DNA of 32,000 bases from Cupriavidus necator (GCF_016127575.1 NZ_CP066019.1:1590001-1622000), one strand, 5' to 3'. Positions 15,444-26,138 are shown, counted from the first letter of the stretch. Notes: generated from the letters alone by a model not told the origin. Numbers and translations are program-made.

Positions 15444-15688
15444 CGCAGCCGAAGGCGCCCGCCGCACGCGCGGCCGCCTGCAGTGACTGCCCTCGGATAT
15501 TCACACAGGCAATTTCTCCCCCGTATTTCAGATCCGTCTGATTTACCTGCCGACCCCGGATCGATAGCTTTGGCCGGCCGGCATTTCCCACCGCGTCGCC
15601 CGACGCAACCATTCCGTAGTGGGATCTGCCCGACGCCCATATGCAACGGGACAGCTAGACCTTTCCCACAATCCGGAGGTGAAATCCA

Positions 15689-16600
15689 ATGAGAAAAATG
15701 GCAATGCCGGCAGCCCTGCTGTCGGCCATCGCGCTGCTGGCCGCCTGTGGCGGCGGCGGGGACGACGCAACGACCACACCGGCGGCACAAACGCCACCGT
15801 CCGAAAATAATCCGGCACCGGCGCCTGCACCAAAGCCTGAGCCCTCGCCCGAAGCAGCACCGCAACCTGCACCCACTGGCGAGCTGCCGCCGAGCCTGAG
15901 CGCACCGCAACCGGGCTCGACGGCAACGGTCGGCAATGGCAGCGAAGGTCTCTGGGTCGGCTTCATGAACGCCACGCTGGTCGACAACAGCGGGAAGTTC
16001 GTGCACGCGAGACTGACGGGCGTGCTGGCAGGCGCGTTCCAGTTTTCTGGCTCGGCCTGGACGCTGGGCCCCGGCACGCTGTACGAAACCGGCTTTGCCT
16101 ACCCGGCCACCGGGGCCGGCACCATTACCCCGGGGCAGCGCTTTGACGGCAATTTCGTCGCCACGCCAAGCAACCCTATCAATTTGCTATCCGGTACCTA
16201 TGATCCGTCCAACGCGCTAGCCGTGGACCAGGCTGCCATCGCCGGCAACTGGAAGCAAGACGGCTTTGCCATGCAGATCGATGACGCGGGCAACGTCACC
16301 GGTACCTATACCAGCGGCACCCGCATTTGCGACCTGCAGGGCACGGCAACGCTTGCCACCCCGGGATCGGCCAAGAACCTGTATGCGGTCAGGATCGTTG
16401 CCGAAAACTCCACGCAGCCGGGCAGCACCGGCTGCGCGCTGTCGACCGGCGTGCCGCACAACGGCTTTGCCGCGATCCGCCTGATGCCGGCCGACGGCAG
16501 CATCATCGTGAGCAGCAGCACGCGCTATGCACGCACGCTGGTGATGGCCGCCAGCACCGGGACCGGCGGGTACTTCACCATGCAGATGTCCAAACAATAA
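15689..16600 (+). CDS. lipoprotein of unknown function
   Basis: Lipobox 'LLAAC' follows a signal peptide 'MRKMAMPAALLSAIA'. A Pro/Ala/Glu-rich linker precedes a ~230-aa G/T/A-rich domain with two Cys. GGAGGTG lies 8 nt upstream of the ATG. Confidence 0.7.
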   Translation: MRKMAMPAALLSAIALLAACGGGGDDATTTPAAQTPPSENNPAPAPAPKPEPSPEAAPQPAPTGELPPSLSAPQPGSTATVGNGSEGLWVGFMNATLVDNSGKFVHARLTGVLAGAFQFSGSAWTLGPGTLYETGFAYPATGAGTITPGQRFDGNFVATPSNPINLLSGTYDPSNALAVDQAAIAGNWKQDGFAMQIDDAGNVTGTYTSGTRICDLQGTATLATPGSAKNLYAVRIVAENSTQPGSTGCALSTGVPHNGFAAIRLMPADGSIIVSSSTRYARTLVMAASTGTGGYFTMQMSKQ

Positions 16601-16624
16601 GCCCGCCCCCCCGCAACGCCCCCG

Positions 16625-16650
16625 GGCGGTCCTCCTGCGGGCGGACCGCC
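16625..16650 (+). terminator. possible terminator hairpin after the lipoprotein gene
   Basis: GGCGGTCC-N10-GGACCGCC is an 8-bp stem followed by the C/T-rich tract gctaccttcttccttcc. Confidence 0.3.
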
Positions 16651-16761
16651 GCTACCTTCTTCCTTCCGAGCCATGGCAGTGGCTTCCCGATCACCTGACA
16701 CCCAGGCGGCGCATCCGCCCTCCGGGTTTCCCCGCGGTTGAGTTCTGCGCACCCATATCAT

Positions 16762-16780
16762 TTAATTCAACATGAATTAA
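16762..16780 (+). promoter_or_regulatory. perfect AT-rich palindrome, candidate ROK-repressor operator
   Basis: TTAATTCA-ACA-TGAATTAA is an 8-3-8 perfect palindrome, 22 nt upstream of the ROK regulator start, in the only AT-rich patch of this intergenic region. Confidence 0.5.
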
Positions 16781-16801
16781 TTAATAGCGGACGGAGACAA
16801 G

Positions 16802-18070
16802 ATGACCGCATCCAAAGCGGGCCGTGGCGTGAATTCCGCCAGCCTGCGCCTGTACAACGAACGCGCGCTGCTGCTGGCGCTGCGCCGTGCCGGCGAGGCC
16901 TCCAAGGCTGACCTGGCGCGCATGGCGCAGCTGACCAATACGGCGGTGGGGAGCATCGTGCAGACCCTGTCCGAGGAAGGTCTGGTCGAACAGTCCGGGC
17001 GCCGCACGGAAGGCCAGCGCGGCCAGCCGGCCAGCCTGATCCGGCTGCAGCCCAAGGGCGCCTTCGGCATTGGCGTACGGCTGGACCGCGGCAGCATCGA
17101 GGTGGTGATGGTGGACTTTGCCGGCCATATCCTGGCCAGCCGCGCCCACCAGCTGGTCCTGCCCCACCCTGACCAGGCGCTGGCAATGGTGCGGCACGAT
17201 ATTGCCGAGCTGCGCGCCCTGCTCACCCCCACCGAACAGAAGCGCCTGCTGGGCATCGGCGTGGCGCAGCCCTATAACCTGGGTGCCTGGCTGCGCGAGC
17301 TGGACGTACAGGGCGAAGCCTTCCAGGCAAGCTTCCGCGCCTGGGACCAGGCTGACTTCCCGGCAATGCTCAACGCCGCCACCGGCTTGCCGGTCTTCGG
17401 CGAGAACGACGGCACCGCCGCCGCGGTGGCCGAACTGTTCTACGGGCGCCACCATGCCCGGCATTTCCTCTATGTCTTCCTTGGCCCCGCCATCGGCGGC
17501 GGCGTGGTGCTCAATGGCGACTGCGTGCGCGGTGTCTCCGGCAATGCCGGCGATATCGCGATGATGCCGGTGCCGCCCAGCACCCTGCCCTCCGCGCCGG
17601 TTGCCACCGGCACCGGCAAGCGGCGCGACATCCTGATCTCGCGCGCGTCGCTCAACGCCCTGACCCGCCACCTGCGCCACCACGGCGTGGTGGTCAACGG
17701 CCATGCCGACCTGCAGCGCCAGGTCGAGCTGGGCCACCCCGCGGTCGAGGAATGGATTGCCGACTGCGTCGATGCGCTGGCGCCGGCGCTGCAGTCCGCC
17801 CTCGCCGTGCTCGACGTGCCGCTGGTGATCTTCGATGCCGATATCGACGGCGGCCTGGTCGCCACGCTGATTGCGCGCCTGCAGCAGGTGCTGGATGAAA
17901 GCGCCCCCGAAGCCCGCGCGCCCGCCACCGTGGTGCGCGGCTGCTTTGGCGCCAACGCCGGCGCGGTGGGTGCCGCGTCGCTGCCGATGTTCATGAACTT
18001 CTCGCCGCGCGCCGAACTGCTACGGGGCGCGTCTGCCATCGTTCCGGAGGCCGGCCATGCCATTGTCTGA
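16802..18070 (+). CDS. frcR: ROK family transcriptional regulator of the fructose transport cluster
   Basis: N-terminal wHTH '[48 protein letters not shown]'. ROK sugar-kinase-like fold motifs 'GIGV', '[11 protein letters not shown]' and 'GNAGDIA'. It sits first in the frc-like cluster. The symbol comes from recalled synteny with C. necator. Confidence 0.75.
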   Translation: MTASKAGRGVNSASLRLYNERALLLALRRAGEASKADLARMAQLTNTAVGSIVQTLSEEGLVEQSGRRTEGQRGQPASLIRLQPKGAFGIGVRLDRGSIEVVMVDFAGHILASRAHQLVLPHPDQALAMVRHDIAELRALLTPTEQKRLLGIGVAQPYNLGAWLRELDVQGEAFQASFRAWDQADFPAMLNAATGLPVFGENDGTAAAVAELFYGRHHARHFLYVFLGPAIGGGVVLNGDCVRGVSGNAGDIAMMPVPPSTLPSAPVATGTGKRRDILISRASLNALTRHLRHHGVVVNGHADLQRQVELGHPAVEEWIADCVDALAPALQSALAVLDVPLVIFDADIDGGLVATLIARLQQVLDESAPEARAPATVVRGCFGANAGAVGAASLPMFMNFSPRAELLRGASAIVPEAGHAIV

Positions 18071-19652
18071 AGCACCGCGTACCTCGCCCATGGCAGCGCA
18101 CCTGCATGGCGGCCATGCGGGCCCAGCGCCGCTGCTTGAACTGCGCAATATCTCCAAGACCTTCCCCGGCGTGAAGGCGCTCAGCAACATGGAGCTGACC
18201 GTCTACGCCGGCGAAGTCCATGCCCTGATGGGCGAGAATGGCGCCGGCAAATCCACGCTGATGAAGATCCTGTCCGGCGCCTACATCGCCGACCCGGGCG
18301 GCGAGTGCCGCATCGCCGGCAAGCCGGTGGCCATCGACGGCCCGGCCACGGCGCGCGCCCACGGCGTGGCCGTGATCTACCAGGAGCTGAGCCTGGCGCC
18401 CAACCTGAGCGTGGCCGAGAATATCTACCTGGGCCGCCACCTGCACCACCGCGGCATGGTCGACCGCGCCGCCATGGCGCGCGCCTGCGAGGCCACGCTG
18501 GCCCGGCTGGGCGCGGACTTCACGCCGCAGACGCCGGTGCATACGCTGTCGATCGCGCAGCGCCAGCTGGTGGAGATCGCGCGCGCGGTGCATTTCGAGA
18601 CCCGCATCCTGGTGATGGACGAGCCCACCACGCCGCTGTCCACCCGCGAGACCGACCGCCTGTTCGCCCTGATCCGCCAGCTGCGCGCCGAAGGCATGGC
18701 CATCATCTATATCAGCCACCGTATGGCGGAAATCGATGAGCTGGCCGACCGCGTCACCGTGCTGCGCGACGGCTGCTTTGTCGGCACGCTCACGCGCGAC
18801 GTTCTGACGCAGGCGGCGCTGGTCAAGATGATGGTCGGGCGCGACCTGTCCGGCTTCTACACCAAGACCCATGGCGCGGCCGCGCCGGGCGAGATCATGC
18901 TGTCGGTGCGCAATATGTCCGATGGCCGGCGCGTGCGCGGCTGCAGCTTCGACCTGCGCGCCGGCGAGGTGCTGGGCCTGGCCGGGCTGGTGGGCGCCGG
19001 GCGCACCGAGCTGGCGCGGCTAGTCTTCGGCGCCGATGCCCGCACCGATGGCGCCGTGTTCGTGGCCGGCACGCCGCTGGCCGTCACCGGCCCGCGCCAG
19101 GCGATCGATGCCGGCATTGCCTACCTGACCGAAGACCGCAAGCTGCAGGGCCTGTTCCTGGACCAGAGCGTGCACGAGAACATCAACCTGATCGTGGCCG
19201 CGCGCGATGCGCTGCGCGGCGGGCGCCTGAACCGCGCCAGCGCGCGCCAGCGCACCGCCGCGGCGATCCGCTCGCTCGGCATCCGCGTGGCGCACCCGCA
19301 GGTCAACGTGGGATCGCTATCCGGCGGCAACCAGCAGAAGGTGATGCTGTCGCGGCTGCTGGAAACCCGGCCGCGCGTGCTGATCCTGGACGAGCCCACG
19401 CGCGGCGTGGATATCGGCGCCAAGGCCGAGATCTACCGGCTCATCAATGAGCTGGCGAGCTCCGGCGTGGCGGTGCTGATGATTTCCAGCGAACTGCCCG
19501 AGGTGGTCGGCCTGTGCGACCGCGTGCTGGTGATGCGCGAAGGCGAGCTGGCCGGCGAAGTGCCGGGCTGCGCCGATGCCGCCGCCATGCAGGAACGGAT
19601 CATTGCGCTGGCGACCGGCGCCGGCGAGCAACCGCCCCCGGTCCTGCACTGA
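18057..19652 (+). CDS. frcA: sugar ABC transporter ATP-binding protein (duplicated ATPase, RbsA-like)
   Basis: Two ABC cassettes: Walker A 'GENGAGKST' and a second 'GLVGAGRTE', with signatures 'LSIAQRQ' and 'LSGGNQQK'. GGAGG lies 8 nt upstream of ATG 18057, which overlaps the frcR stop by 14 nt. An alternative ATG is at 18090. Confidence 0.85.
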   Translation: MPLSEAPRTSPMAAHLHGGHAGPAPLLELRNISKTFPGVKALSNMELTVYAGEVHALMGENGAGKSTLMKILSGAYIADPGGECRIAGKPVAIDGPATARAHGVAVIYQELSLAPNLSVAENIYLGRHLHHRGMVDRAAMARACEATLARLGADFTPQTPVHTLSIAQRQLVEIARAVHFETRILVMDEPTTPLSTRETDRLFALIRQLRAEGMAIIYISHRMAEIDELADRVTVLRDGCFVGTLTRDVLTQAALVKMMVGRDLSGFYTKTHGAAAPGEIMLSVRNMSDGRRVRGCSFDLRAGEVLGLAGLVGAGRTELARLVFGADARTDGAVFVAGTPLAVTGPRQAIDAGIAYLTEDRKLQGLFLDQSVHENINLIVAARDALRGGRLNRASARQRTAAAIRSLGIRVAHPQVNVGSLSGGNQQKVMLSRLLETRPRVLILDEPTRGVDIGAKAEIYRLINELASSGVAVLMISSELPEVVGLCDRVLVMREGELAGEVPGCADAAAMQERIIALATGAGEQPPPVLH

Positions 19653-19731
19653 ACCGCTGAATTCCCGTACAGGCCGGCAAAGAACGGCCGCACCGGGGCG
19701 GCATCCCGCCTCGCAGCATCAGGAGACACAT

Positions 19732-20754
19732 ATGCGCAATCCCCTCTCATCCACGGCCCATGGCGTCACCGCCCAGGCTGCCACGCCGGTGGGCCACGCC
19801 ACCGGCCGCGCCACCACGCAGGAACGCCTGCGCGCGCTCGGCATGCTGCCGGTGCTGGTGCTGCTCTGCTTTGGCTTCACGCTGCTGACCGAGAACTTCG
19901 CCAGCCTGCAGAACCTGTCGATCATCGCCCAGCAGGCGTCGATCAACCTGGTACTGGCCGCGGGCATGACATTCGTGATCCTGACCGGGGGCATCGACCT
20001 GTCGGTGGGATCGATCCTGTCGGTGTCGGCCGTGGTGGCGATGCTGGTCTCGCTGATGCCGCAACTGGCGGCGCTGAGCGTGCCGGCAGCGCTGCTGTGC
20101 GGATTGCTGTTCGGACTGGTCAACGGTGCGCTGATCGCCTTCATGAAGCTGCCGCCGTTCATCGTGACGCTGGGCAGCCTGACCGCGGTGCGCGGGCTGG
20201 CGCGGCTGGTCGGCAACGACAGCACGGTCTACAACCCGGATATCCCGTTCGCATTTATCGGCAACGGCGACCTGCTGGGCATCCCCTGGCTGGTGGTGAT
20301 TGCCGTTGCGGTGGTCGCGGTGTCGTGGCTGGTGCTGCGCCGCACGGTGCTGGGGCTGCAGATCTACGCGGTCGGCGGCAATGCCGAGGCGGCGCGCCTG
20401 TCGGGCATCAAGGTGTGGGTGGTGCTTCTGTTCGTCTATGCGGTGTCGGGCCTGCTGTCGGGGCTGGGCGGCGTGATGTCGGCGTCGCGGCTGTATGCGG
20501 CCAACGGGCTGCAGCTGGGGCAGTCCTATGAGCTGGATGCGATCGCCGCGGTGATCCTGGGCGGCACCAGCTTTGTCGGCGGGGTCGGATCGATTGCCGG
20601 CACGCTGGTGGGTGCGCTGATCATCGCGGTGCTGTCCAACGGGCTGATCCTGCTGGGCGTGTCGGATATCTGGCAATACATCATCAAGGGCCTGGTGATC
20701 ATCGGCGCGGTCGCGCTCGACCGCTATCGCCAGAAGGGCTCGGCCCGTACCTGA
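19732..20754 (+). CDS. frcC: sugar ABC transporter permease (RbsC-like)
   Basis: Polytopic, with 'LTGGIDLSVGS' typical of ribose/fructose-type permeases. AGGAGA lies upstream of ATG 19732. The track extension from 19576 is R/P-rich and overlaps frcA. Confidence 0.85.
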   Translation: MRNPLSSTAHGVTAQAATPVGHATGRATTQERLRALGMLPVLVLLCFGFTLLTENFASLQNLSIIAQQASINLVLAAGMTFVILTGGIDLSVGSILSVSAVVAMLVSLMPQLAALSVPAALLCGLLFGLVNGALIAFMKLPPFIVTLGSLTAVRGLARLVGNDSTVYNPDIPFAFIGNGDLLGIPWLVVIAVAVVAVSWLVLRRTVLGLQIYAVGGNAEAARLSGIKVWVVLLFVYAVSGLLSGLGGVMSASRLYAANGLQLGQSYELDAIAAVILGGTSFVGGVGSIAGTLVGALIIAVLSNGLILLGVSDIWQYIIKGLVIIGAVALDRYRQKGSART

Positions 20755-20779
20755 GCTGCGGCCGCACAGGAGACAGACC

Positions 20780-21766
20780 GTGATCCAACCCATCCTCAAA
20801 GCCCTTGCCGCGAGCGCGCTGGCAGCGCTGTGCGCGGCGCCGGCCCTGGCACAAGCGCCCGCGCAGACCGCGCCGGCTTCAGATGTCCAGTCCGTGCAGC
20901 GCCCGCTCAAGAAGGTTGGCGTGACCCTGGGTTCGCTGGGCAACCCGTATTTTGTCGCACTGGCCCGCGGTGCCGAGGCCGCGGCCCTGCAGGCCAACCC
21001 GAAGGCAAAGGTCACCGTGCTGTCGGCGGACTACGACCTGAACAAGCAGTTCATGCACATCGACAGCTTTATCGTCGCCGGCGTCGACCTGATCCTGATC
21101 AACGCCGCCGACGCCCGCGCCATCGAGCCGGCGGTACGCAAGGCGCGCAAGGCCGGCATCGTGGTGGTGGCGGTCGATGTGGCCGCCGCCGGCGCCGATG
21201 CCACCGTGCAGACCGACAACACCCAGGCCGGCGAACTCGCCTGCGGCTTTATCGCCGACCGGCTCAAGGGCCGCGGCAACGTCATCATCCAGAACGGCCC
21301 GCCCGTATCGGCGGTGCTGGACCGGGTCAAGGGCTGCAAGACCGTGCTGGCGCGCCACCCCGATATCCGCATCCTGTCCGACGACCAGGATGCCAAGGGC
21401 TCCCGCGAAGGCGGGCTGAACGTAATGCAGCTGTACCTGACGCGCTTTCCCAAGGTGGATGCGGTCTTCACCATCAACGACCCGCAGGCCGTGGGCGCGG
21501 ACCTGGCCGCGCGCCAGCTCAACCGCCGCGGCATCGTGATTGCCTCGGTCGACGGCGCGCCTGACATCGAGGCGGCATTGAAGGCCGACACGCTGGTGCA
21601 GGCCTCGGCCAGCCAGGACCCGTGGGCCATTGCCCGCACCGCTGTGCAACTGGGCGTGGGCATGATGAATGGCCAGCGCCCGCCCAACCCGACCGTGCTG
21701 CTGCCGTCCACGCTGGTGACGCGTGCCAATGTAGGCCAGTACAAGGGCTGGGCCGCGCCGCGGTAA
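20780..21766 (+). CDS. frcB: sugar ABC transporter periplasmic substrate-binding protein (RbsB-like)
   Basis: Signal peptide '...AAPALAQAP' and periplasmic-binding-protein type I features ('LGNPYFVAL', 'INDPQAVGA'). The start is GTG at 20780, with AGGAGA upstream. Confidence 0.85.
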   Translation: MIQPILKALAASALAALCAAPALAQAPAQTAPASDVQSVQRPLKKVGVTLGSLGNPYFVALARGAEAAALQANPKAKVTVLSADYDLNKQFMHIDSFIVAGVDLILINAADARAIEPAVRKARKAGIVVVAVDVAAAGADATVQTDNTQAGELACGFIADRLKGRGNVIIQNGPPVSAVLDRVKGCKTVLARHPDIRILSDDQDAKGSREGGLNVMQLYLTRFPKVDAVFTINDPQAVGADLAARQLNRRGIVIASVDGAPDIEAALKADTLVQASASQDPWAIARTAVQLGVGMMNGQRPPNPTVLLPSTLVTRANVGQYKGWAAPR

Positions 21767-21811
21767 GCGGCACGGCCGGTCCTTCCACCCTCTTTTCCAT
21801 TTGCTGATTCC

Positions 21812-23308
21812 ATGATGGCTAGCCCCCCTGCCGGCGCTCCGGCACCTGAACCTGCTCCAGAGTTCGATTTCGTACTGTTCGGCGCCACCGGCGACCTGGC
21901 GCGGCGCAAGCTGCTGCCGGCACTGTTCGATGCCCACGCCGCCGGTTCGCTGCATCCGCGCGGGCGCATCCTGGCACTGGGCAGCCAGCCGCTGTCGCAT
22001 GACGCCTACCTGGCGATGCTAAACGACGAAGTGCTGCCAGCGCTGGCCGGCAACGCCGCGGCCGCAGCGTGGCAGGGCTTTCTCGACCGCATCGTGTACC
22101 TGCAGGTCGATGCCAACGCCGATGCCGGCTTCGGCGCGCTGGCCGAGCTGGTCAATGCGCGCGCGGCGCCAGTGGTGGTGTTCTACCTGGCCACGGCCCC
22201 GCACCTGTTCGTCACCATCTGCGAGCAACTGGCGCGCGTGGGCCTGACCGGCCCGCGCAGCCGCATCGTGCTGGAAAAACCGCTCGGGCACGACCTGGCC
22301 TCGTCCGAGGCCATCAACGCGGAAGTGGCGCGGCACTTTGCCGAGGACCAGATCTACCGGATCGACCACTACCTGGGCAAGGAGTCGGTGCAGAACCTGA
22401 TGGCGGTGCGCTTTGGCAACGTGCTGTTCGAGCCGCTGTGGCGGCGCGAATGGGTGCGCCAGGTGCAGATCACCATCGCCGAAGAGCTGGGCGTGGAGCG
22501 CCGCGGCAACTTCTATGACGGCATCGGCGCGCTGCGCGACATGGTGCAGAACCACCTGCTGCAGCTGCTGTGCATGGTGGCGATGGAGCCGCCCACGAGC
22601 CTGTCGGAAGACGCCATCCGCGATGAGAAGCTCAAGATCCTGAAGGCGCTGCGGCCGATCCGGCCGGAAGACGTGGCCGAAAAGGTGGTGCGTGGCCAGT
22701 ACTCCCGTGGCGCCGCGGGCGGCGACCCGGTGCCCGGCTATGCCAGTGAACCCGGCATCGCGCCCGACAGCCGCACCGAGACCTTCGTCGCTATCCGCGC
22801 CGAGATCGCCAACTGGCGCTGGGCCGGGGTGCCGTTCTACCTGCGTACCGGCAAGCGCATGCAGTCGCGCGTGGCGGAGATCGTAATCCATTTCCATGAC
22901 GTGCCCTACCCGCTGTTCCCGCACCCGCTGGGAATCATGTCCGGCAACCGGCTGGTGATCACGCTGCAGCCCGAGGAGAGCATCCGGCTGTATTTCCTGA
23001 CCAAGCAGCCGGGCGACACGCAGGCGCTGATTCCCGCGTCCCTCGACCTGCAGCTGAACACTGCCGCCCCACGTGTACGGCGCGTGGGCGCGTACGAGCG
23101 CCTGCTGCTCGACGTGATCCGCGGCCGGCTGGGCCTGTTCGTGCGGCGCGATGAGCAGGTACAGGCGTGGCGCTGGGTCGCGCCCATCCTGAAGACGTGG
23201 GAGAACTCGCCCACGCCGCCCAAGCCTTACACCGCCGGCACCTGGGGCCCGGCAGCCTCCAGTGCCCTGCTGTCGCGAGACGGCATGGCCTGGCATGAAG
23301 AGATGTAG
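21812..23308 (+). CDS. zwf: glucose-6-phosphate 1-dehydrogenase
   Basis: 'FGATGDLARRKL' NADP-binding motif, 'EKPLGHDL', and the active-site signature 'RIDHYLGKE'. Confidence 0.92.
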   Translation: MMASPPAGAPAPEPAPEFDFVLFGATGDLARRKLLPALFDAHAAGSLHPRGRILALGSQPLSHDAYLAMLNDEVLPALAGNAAAAAWQGFLDRIVYLQVDANADAGFGALAELVNARAAPVVVFYLATAPHLFVTICEQLARVGLTGPRSRIVLEKPLGHDLASSEAINAEVARHFAEDQIYRIDHYLGKESVQNLMAVRFGNVLFEPLWRREWVRQVQITIAEELGVERRGNFYDGIGALRDMVQNHLLQLLCMVAMEPPTSLSEDAIRDEKLKILKALRPIRPEDVAEKVVRGQYSRGAAGGDPVPGYASEPGIAPDSRTETFVAIRAEIANWRWAGVPFYLRTGKRMQSRVAEIVIHFHDVPYPLFPHPLGIMSGNRLVITLQPEESIRLYFLTKQPGDTQALIPASLDLQLNTAAPRVRRVGAYERLLLDVIRGRLGLFVRRDEQVQAWRWVAPILKTWENSPTPPKPYTAGTWGPAASSALLSRDGMAWHEEM

Positions 23309-23332
23309 CCCACGTATTGCGGAGTATCTGAC

Positions 23333-24967
23333 ATGACCACTTCCCTGCCCGCCTGGCAAGCCCTGCGCGCGCACGCCGACACCCTGCGCGGCACCCATAT
23401 GCGCGACTGGTTCGAAGGCCCGCGCGGCCCGCTGCGCGCCGAGCGCTTCACCGCCGAAGCCTGCGGCCTGACGCTGGACTACGCCAAGAACCGCATCACC
23501 GACGAAACGCTGGCGTTGCTGTTCACCCTGGCTGGCCAGGCGCGCGTGGCCGAGCGGCGCGACGCCATGTTCGGCGGCGAACCGGTCAACACCACCGAGC
23601 ACCGCGCAGCACTGCATATCGCGCTGCGCGCCTATCCGGAGGACGGCTATCGCGCGCTCGGCGTGCCCGTGGGCGCTGACGTAGCCACGGTGCTGGCACA
23701 GATCGAGCGCTTTGCCAACGCGGTGCGCAGTGGCGCCTGGACCGGGTTCGATGGCCGCGCGATCACCGACGTCGTCAATATCGGCATCGGCGGGTCGGAC
23801 CTGGGCCCGCGCATGGTCTGCCGCGCGCTGAGCGATGCACAAACCACCGGCCCGCGCATGCACTTTGTCGCCAATGTCGACGGCAGCGATTTGGCACGCA
23901 CGCTGTCGGGGCTGGATGCCGCCACCACGCTGGTGATCGTCTGCTCCAAGACCTTCACCACGCTGGAAACCATGGCCAACGCCTGCACCGCGCGCGACTG
24001 GTTCCTGCAGCAAGGCGTGACCCGCGCCGGGCTGGCGCGCCATTTCGTGGCGGTGTCGACCAACCGCGATGCGGTGGCCGAGTTCGGCATCGACCCGGCC
24101 AATATGTTCCCGTTCTGGGACTGGGTGGGCGGACGCTTCTCGCTGTGGTCCGCAGTGGGACTTTCGATCGCCGTGGCCATCGGCTTCGAGCGCTTCCGGC
24201 AATTGCTGGACGGCGCGCGCGCGATGGACCTGCATTTCGCCAGCGCACCGCCCGAGCGCAACCTGCCGATGATCCTGGGCCTGCTCGACGTCTGGTACCG
24301 CAGCTTCCTCGGCGCCGGCAGCCGCTGCGTGGCGCCCTACTGCGAGCCGCTGGAACTGCTGCCGGCCTTCCTGCAGCAACTGGAAATGGAAAGCAACGGC
24401 AAGTCCGTGCGGCTTGACGGCGGCGCGCTCGATGCGGGCTCGGCCGCTGTGGTATGGGGCACGACCGGCACCAACGGCCAGCACGCCTACTTCCAGATGA
24501 TGCACCAGGGCTCGCAGCTGGTTCCGGTAGACTTCATCGCCACGCTGGAACCCGTGAGCGACTTGCCCGGCCACCATACCAAGCTGCTGGCCAACTGCTT
24601 TGCACAGGGCGAGGCGCTGCTGCGCGGGCGCACCGCCGACGAAGTGCGCGCCGAGGGCGTGCGCGACGAAGCGCTGGTGCCGCACCTGGTGTTCGAGGGC
24701 AACCGGCCCAGCAATACGCTGCTGCTGCAGCGGCTGGACCCGTACCACCTGGGCGCGCTGCTGGCGCTGTCGGAACACCGCACCTTCGTGCAGGGTGCGC
24801 TGTGGCAGATCAATTCGTTTGACCAGTGGGGCGTGGAACTCGGCAAGAAACTGGCCGCGCCGATCCAGCGCGAACTGGAAGGCACGGCCGGCGCCGCCGC
24901 GCATGATGCGTCGACGGCCGCACTGATCCGCCGCGCCCAGGCAGTGCGGGCAACGGCCGCAGGCTAA
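23333..24967 (+). CDS. pgi: glucose-6-phosphate isomerase
   Basis: PGI signatures '[11 protein letters not shown]', 'SKTFTTLET', and '[11 protein letters not shown]' to '[10 protein letters not shown]'. Confidence 0.92.
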   Translation: MTTSLPAWQALRAHADTLRGTHMRDWFEGPRGPLRAERFTAEACGLTLDYAKNRITDETLALLFTLAGQARVAERRDAMFGGEPVNTTEHRAALHIALRAYPEDGYRALGVPVGADVATVLAQIERFANAVRSGAWTGFDGRAITDVVNIGIGGSDLGPRMVCRALSDAQTTGPRMHFVANVDGSDLARTLSGLDAATTLVIVCSKTFTTLETMANACTARDWFLQQGVTRAGLARHFVAVSTNRDAVAEFGIDPANMFPFWDWVGGRFSLWSAVGLSIAVAIGFERFRQLLDGARAMDLHFASAPPERNLPMILGLLDVWYRSFLGAGSRCVAPYCEPLELLPAFLQQLEMESNGKSVRLDGGALDAGSAAVVWGTTGTNGQHAYFQMMHQGSQLVPVDFIATLEPVSDLPGHHTKLLANCFAQGEALLRGRTADEVRAEGVRDEALVPHLVFEGNRPSNTLLLQRLDPYHLGALLALSEHRTFVQGALWQINSFDQWGVELGKKLAAPIQRELEGTAGAAAHDASTAALIRRAQAVRATAAG

Positions 24968-24996
24968 CCCCGCGGCAAACAACACAGGAGACGCCG

Positions 24997-25908
24997 ATGT
25001 CCACGCCCCTTCCCCGCTATGTCGTGTTCGGAGAAGCCCTGACCGACATGGTCCGCCAGGCCGACGGCAGCTGGCTGGGCCTGCCCGGCGGCTCATGCTG
25101 GAACGTGGCGCGCGTGGGCGCCCGGCTGGGCATTGCCACCGCCTTTGCGGGAGCCGTCAGCCAGGACCTGTTCGGCGATGACCTGGCCCAAGCCAGCGCT
25201 GACGCCGGCCTGGACAGCCGCTTCCTGCAGCGGGTGGCGCGCTCGCCGTTGCTGGCCTTTGTCGCGTCACGCCATCCGCCGCAGTACTTCTTTGTCGGCG
25301 ACGACAGCGCGGACCTGCATTTCGATCCGGCGCGCCTGCCAGAGGGCTGGCGCCAGGCGGCAGAGGTGATCCACTTCGGCTCCATCAGCCTGGTGCGCCA
25401 GCCGCTGGCGGCACGGCTGTGTGAAGAAGCCACGCTGGCCGCAACGGCGGGCAAGCGCATTGCCTTCGACCCCAACTTCCGGGACCTGATGCGCGCACCG
25501 GGCTACGCCAACGTCCTCGCACACATGCTGCGGCTGGCCAGCTACGTCAAGATCTCCGACGAAGACCTGGCCGGACTCTTTCCCACGCTCGATATCGACG
25601 CGGCACTGGCACAGGTACGCGCCATGGCGCCCGATGCAACCGTCATGCTGACGCGCGGCGCGCATGGCATGACGTTGCTCAAGGGCAGTATTGTCGTCGA
25701 GCAGCCCGCGCTCGCAGTTGATGTGGCCGACACCGTCGGCTGTGGCGATGCGGCGATGGGCGGCTGGATGGCCGGCGTGCTGTCCGGCGCGGCGGGCGAC
25801 CTTGCCGCGCAGGCGCGGCTGGCTGCCGCCGCGGCGGCAATTGCTGCGACCCGGGCCGGCGCGTATCCGCCGCGGCGCGAGGAAGTGGAAGAATTGCTGG
25901 CTGCCTGA
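24997..25908 (+). CDS. frcK: PfkB-family carbohydrate kinase (fructokinase)
   Basis: PfkB signature 'DTVGCGDAAMGG' near the C-terminus and 'GGSCWNVA' at the N-terminus. It is the last gene of the frc/zwf/pgi cluster. The symbol comes from recalled C. necator synteny. Confidence 0.75.
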   Translation: MSTPLPRYVVFGEALTDMVRQADGSWLGLPGGSCWNVARVGARLGIATAFAGAVSQDLFGDDLAQASADAGLDSRFLQRVARSPLLAFVASRHPPQYFFVGDDSADLHFDPARLPEGWRQAAEVIHFGSISLVRQPLAARLCEEATLAATAGKRIAFDPNFRDLMRAPGYANVLAHMLRLASYVKISDEDLAGLFPTLDIDAALAQVRAMAPDATVMLTRGAHGMTLLKGSIVVEQPALAVDVADTVGCGDAAMGGWMAGVLSGAAGDLAAQARLAAAAAAIAATRAGAYPPRREEVEELLAA

Positions 25909-26138
25909 AGGGCCGGCGACAGGAGCCGCAAGCGATCAGCAACGGAAAAGCCGGAGCCAGCAAGGAAAGCCCTTTGGGAAAGCTCTGAATATGCGCCAGA
26001 TTTCCAGAAAATAACCTCCTCGTTACATTGTCGGTGGCAAAGTGATGTGCTAACCAGACGGGCCTTGGCCACAGACAAACGTTGTTCGGGCGTCCTATGG
26101 ACGTACGAAACTATGCAAGCGGTCGGGCTCGCTATACT

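Noticed and set aside
19747-22000. Minus-strand ORFs 19747-21015 (422 aa), 20879-22000 (373 aa) and 21031-21969 (312 aa)
   Set aside because: They are antisense to the ABC permease and the binding-protein gene. They are R/H/Q/D-rich or S/A/R-rich with no motifs.
22019-25096. 1025-aa minus-strand ORF spanning zwf, pgi and the start of the kinase gene
   Set aside because: It is antisense to three genes with unmistakable enzyme signatures. Its translation is R/A/G/H/Q-rich with no motifs. Long stop-free antisense frames are expected in DNA this GC-rich.
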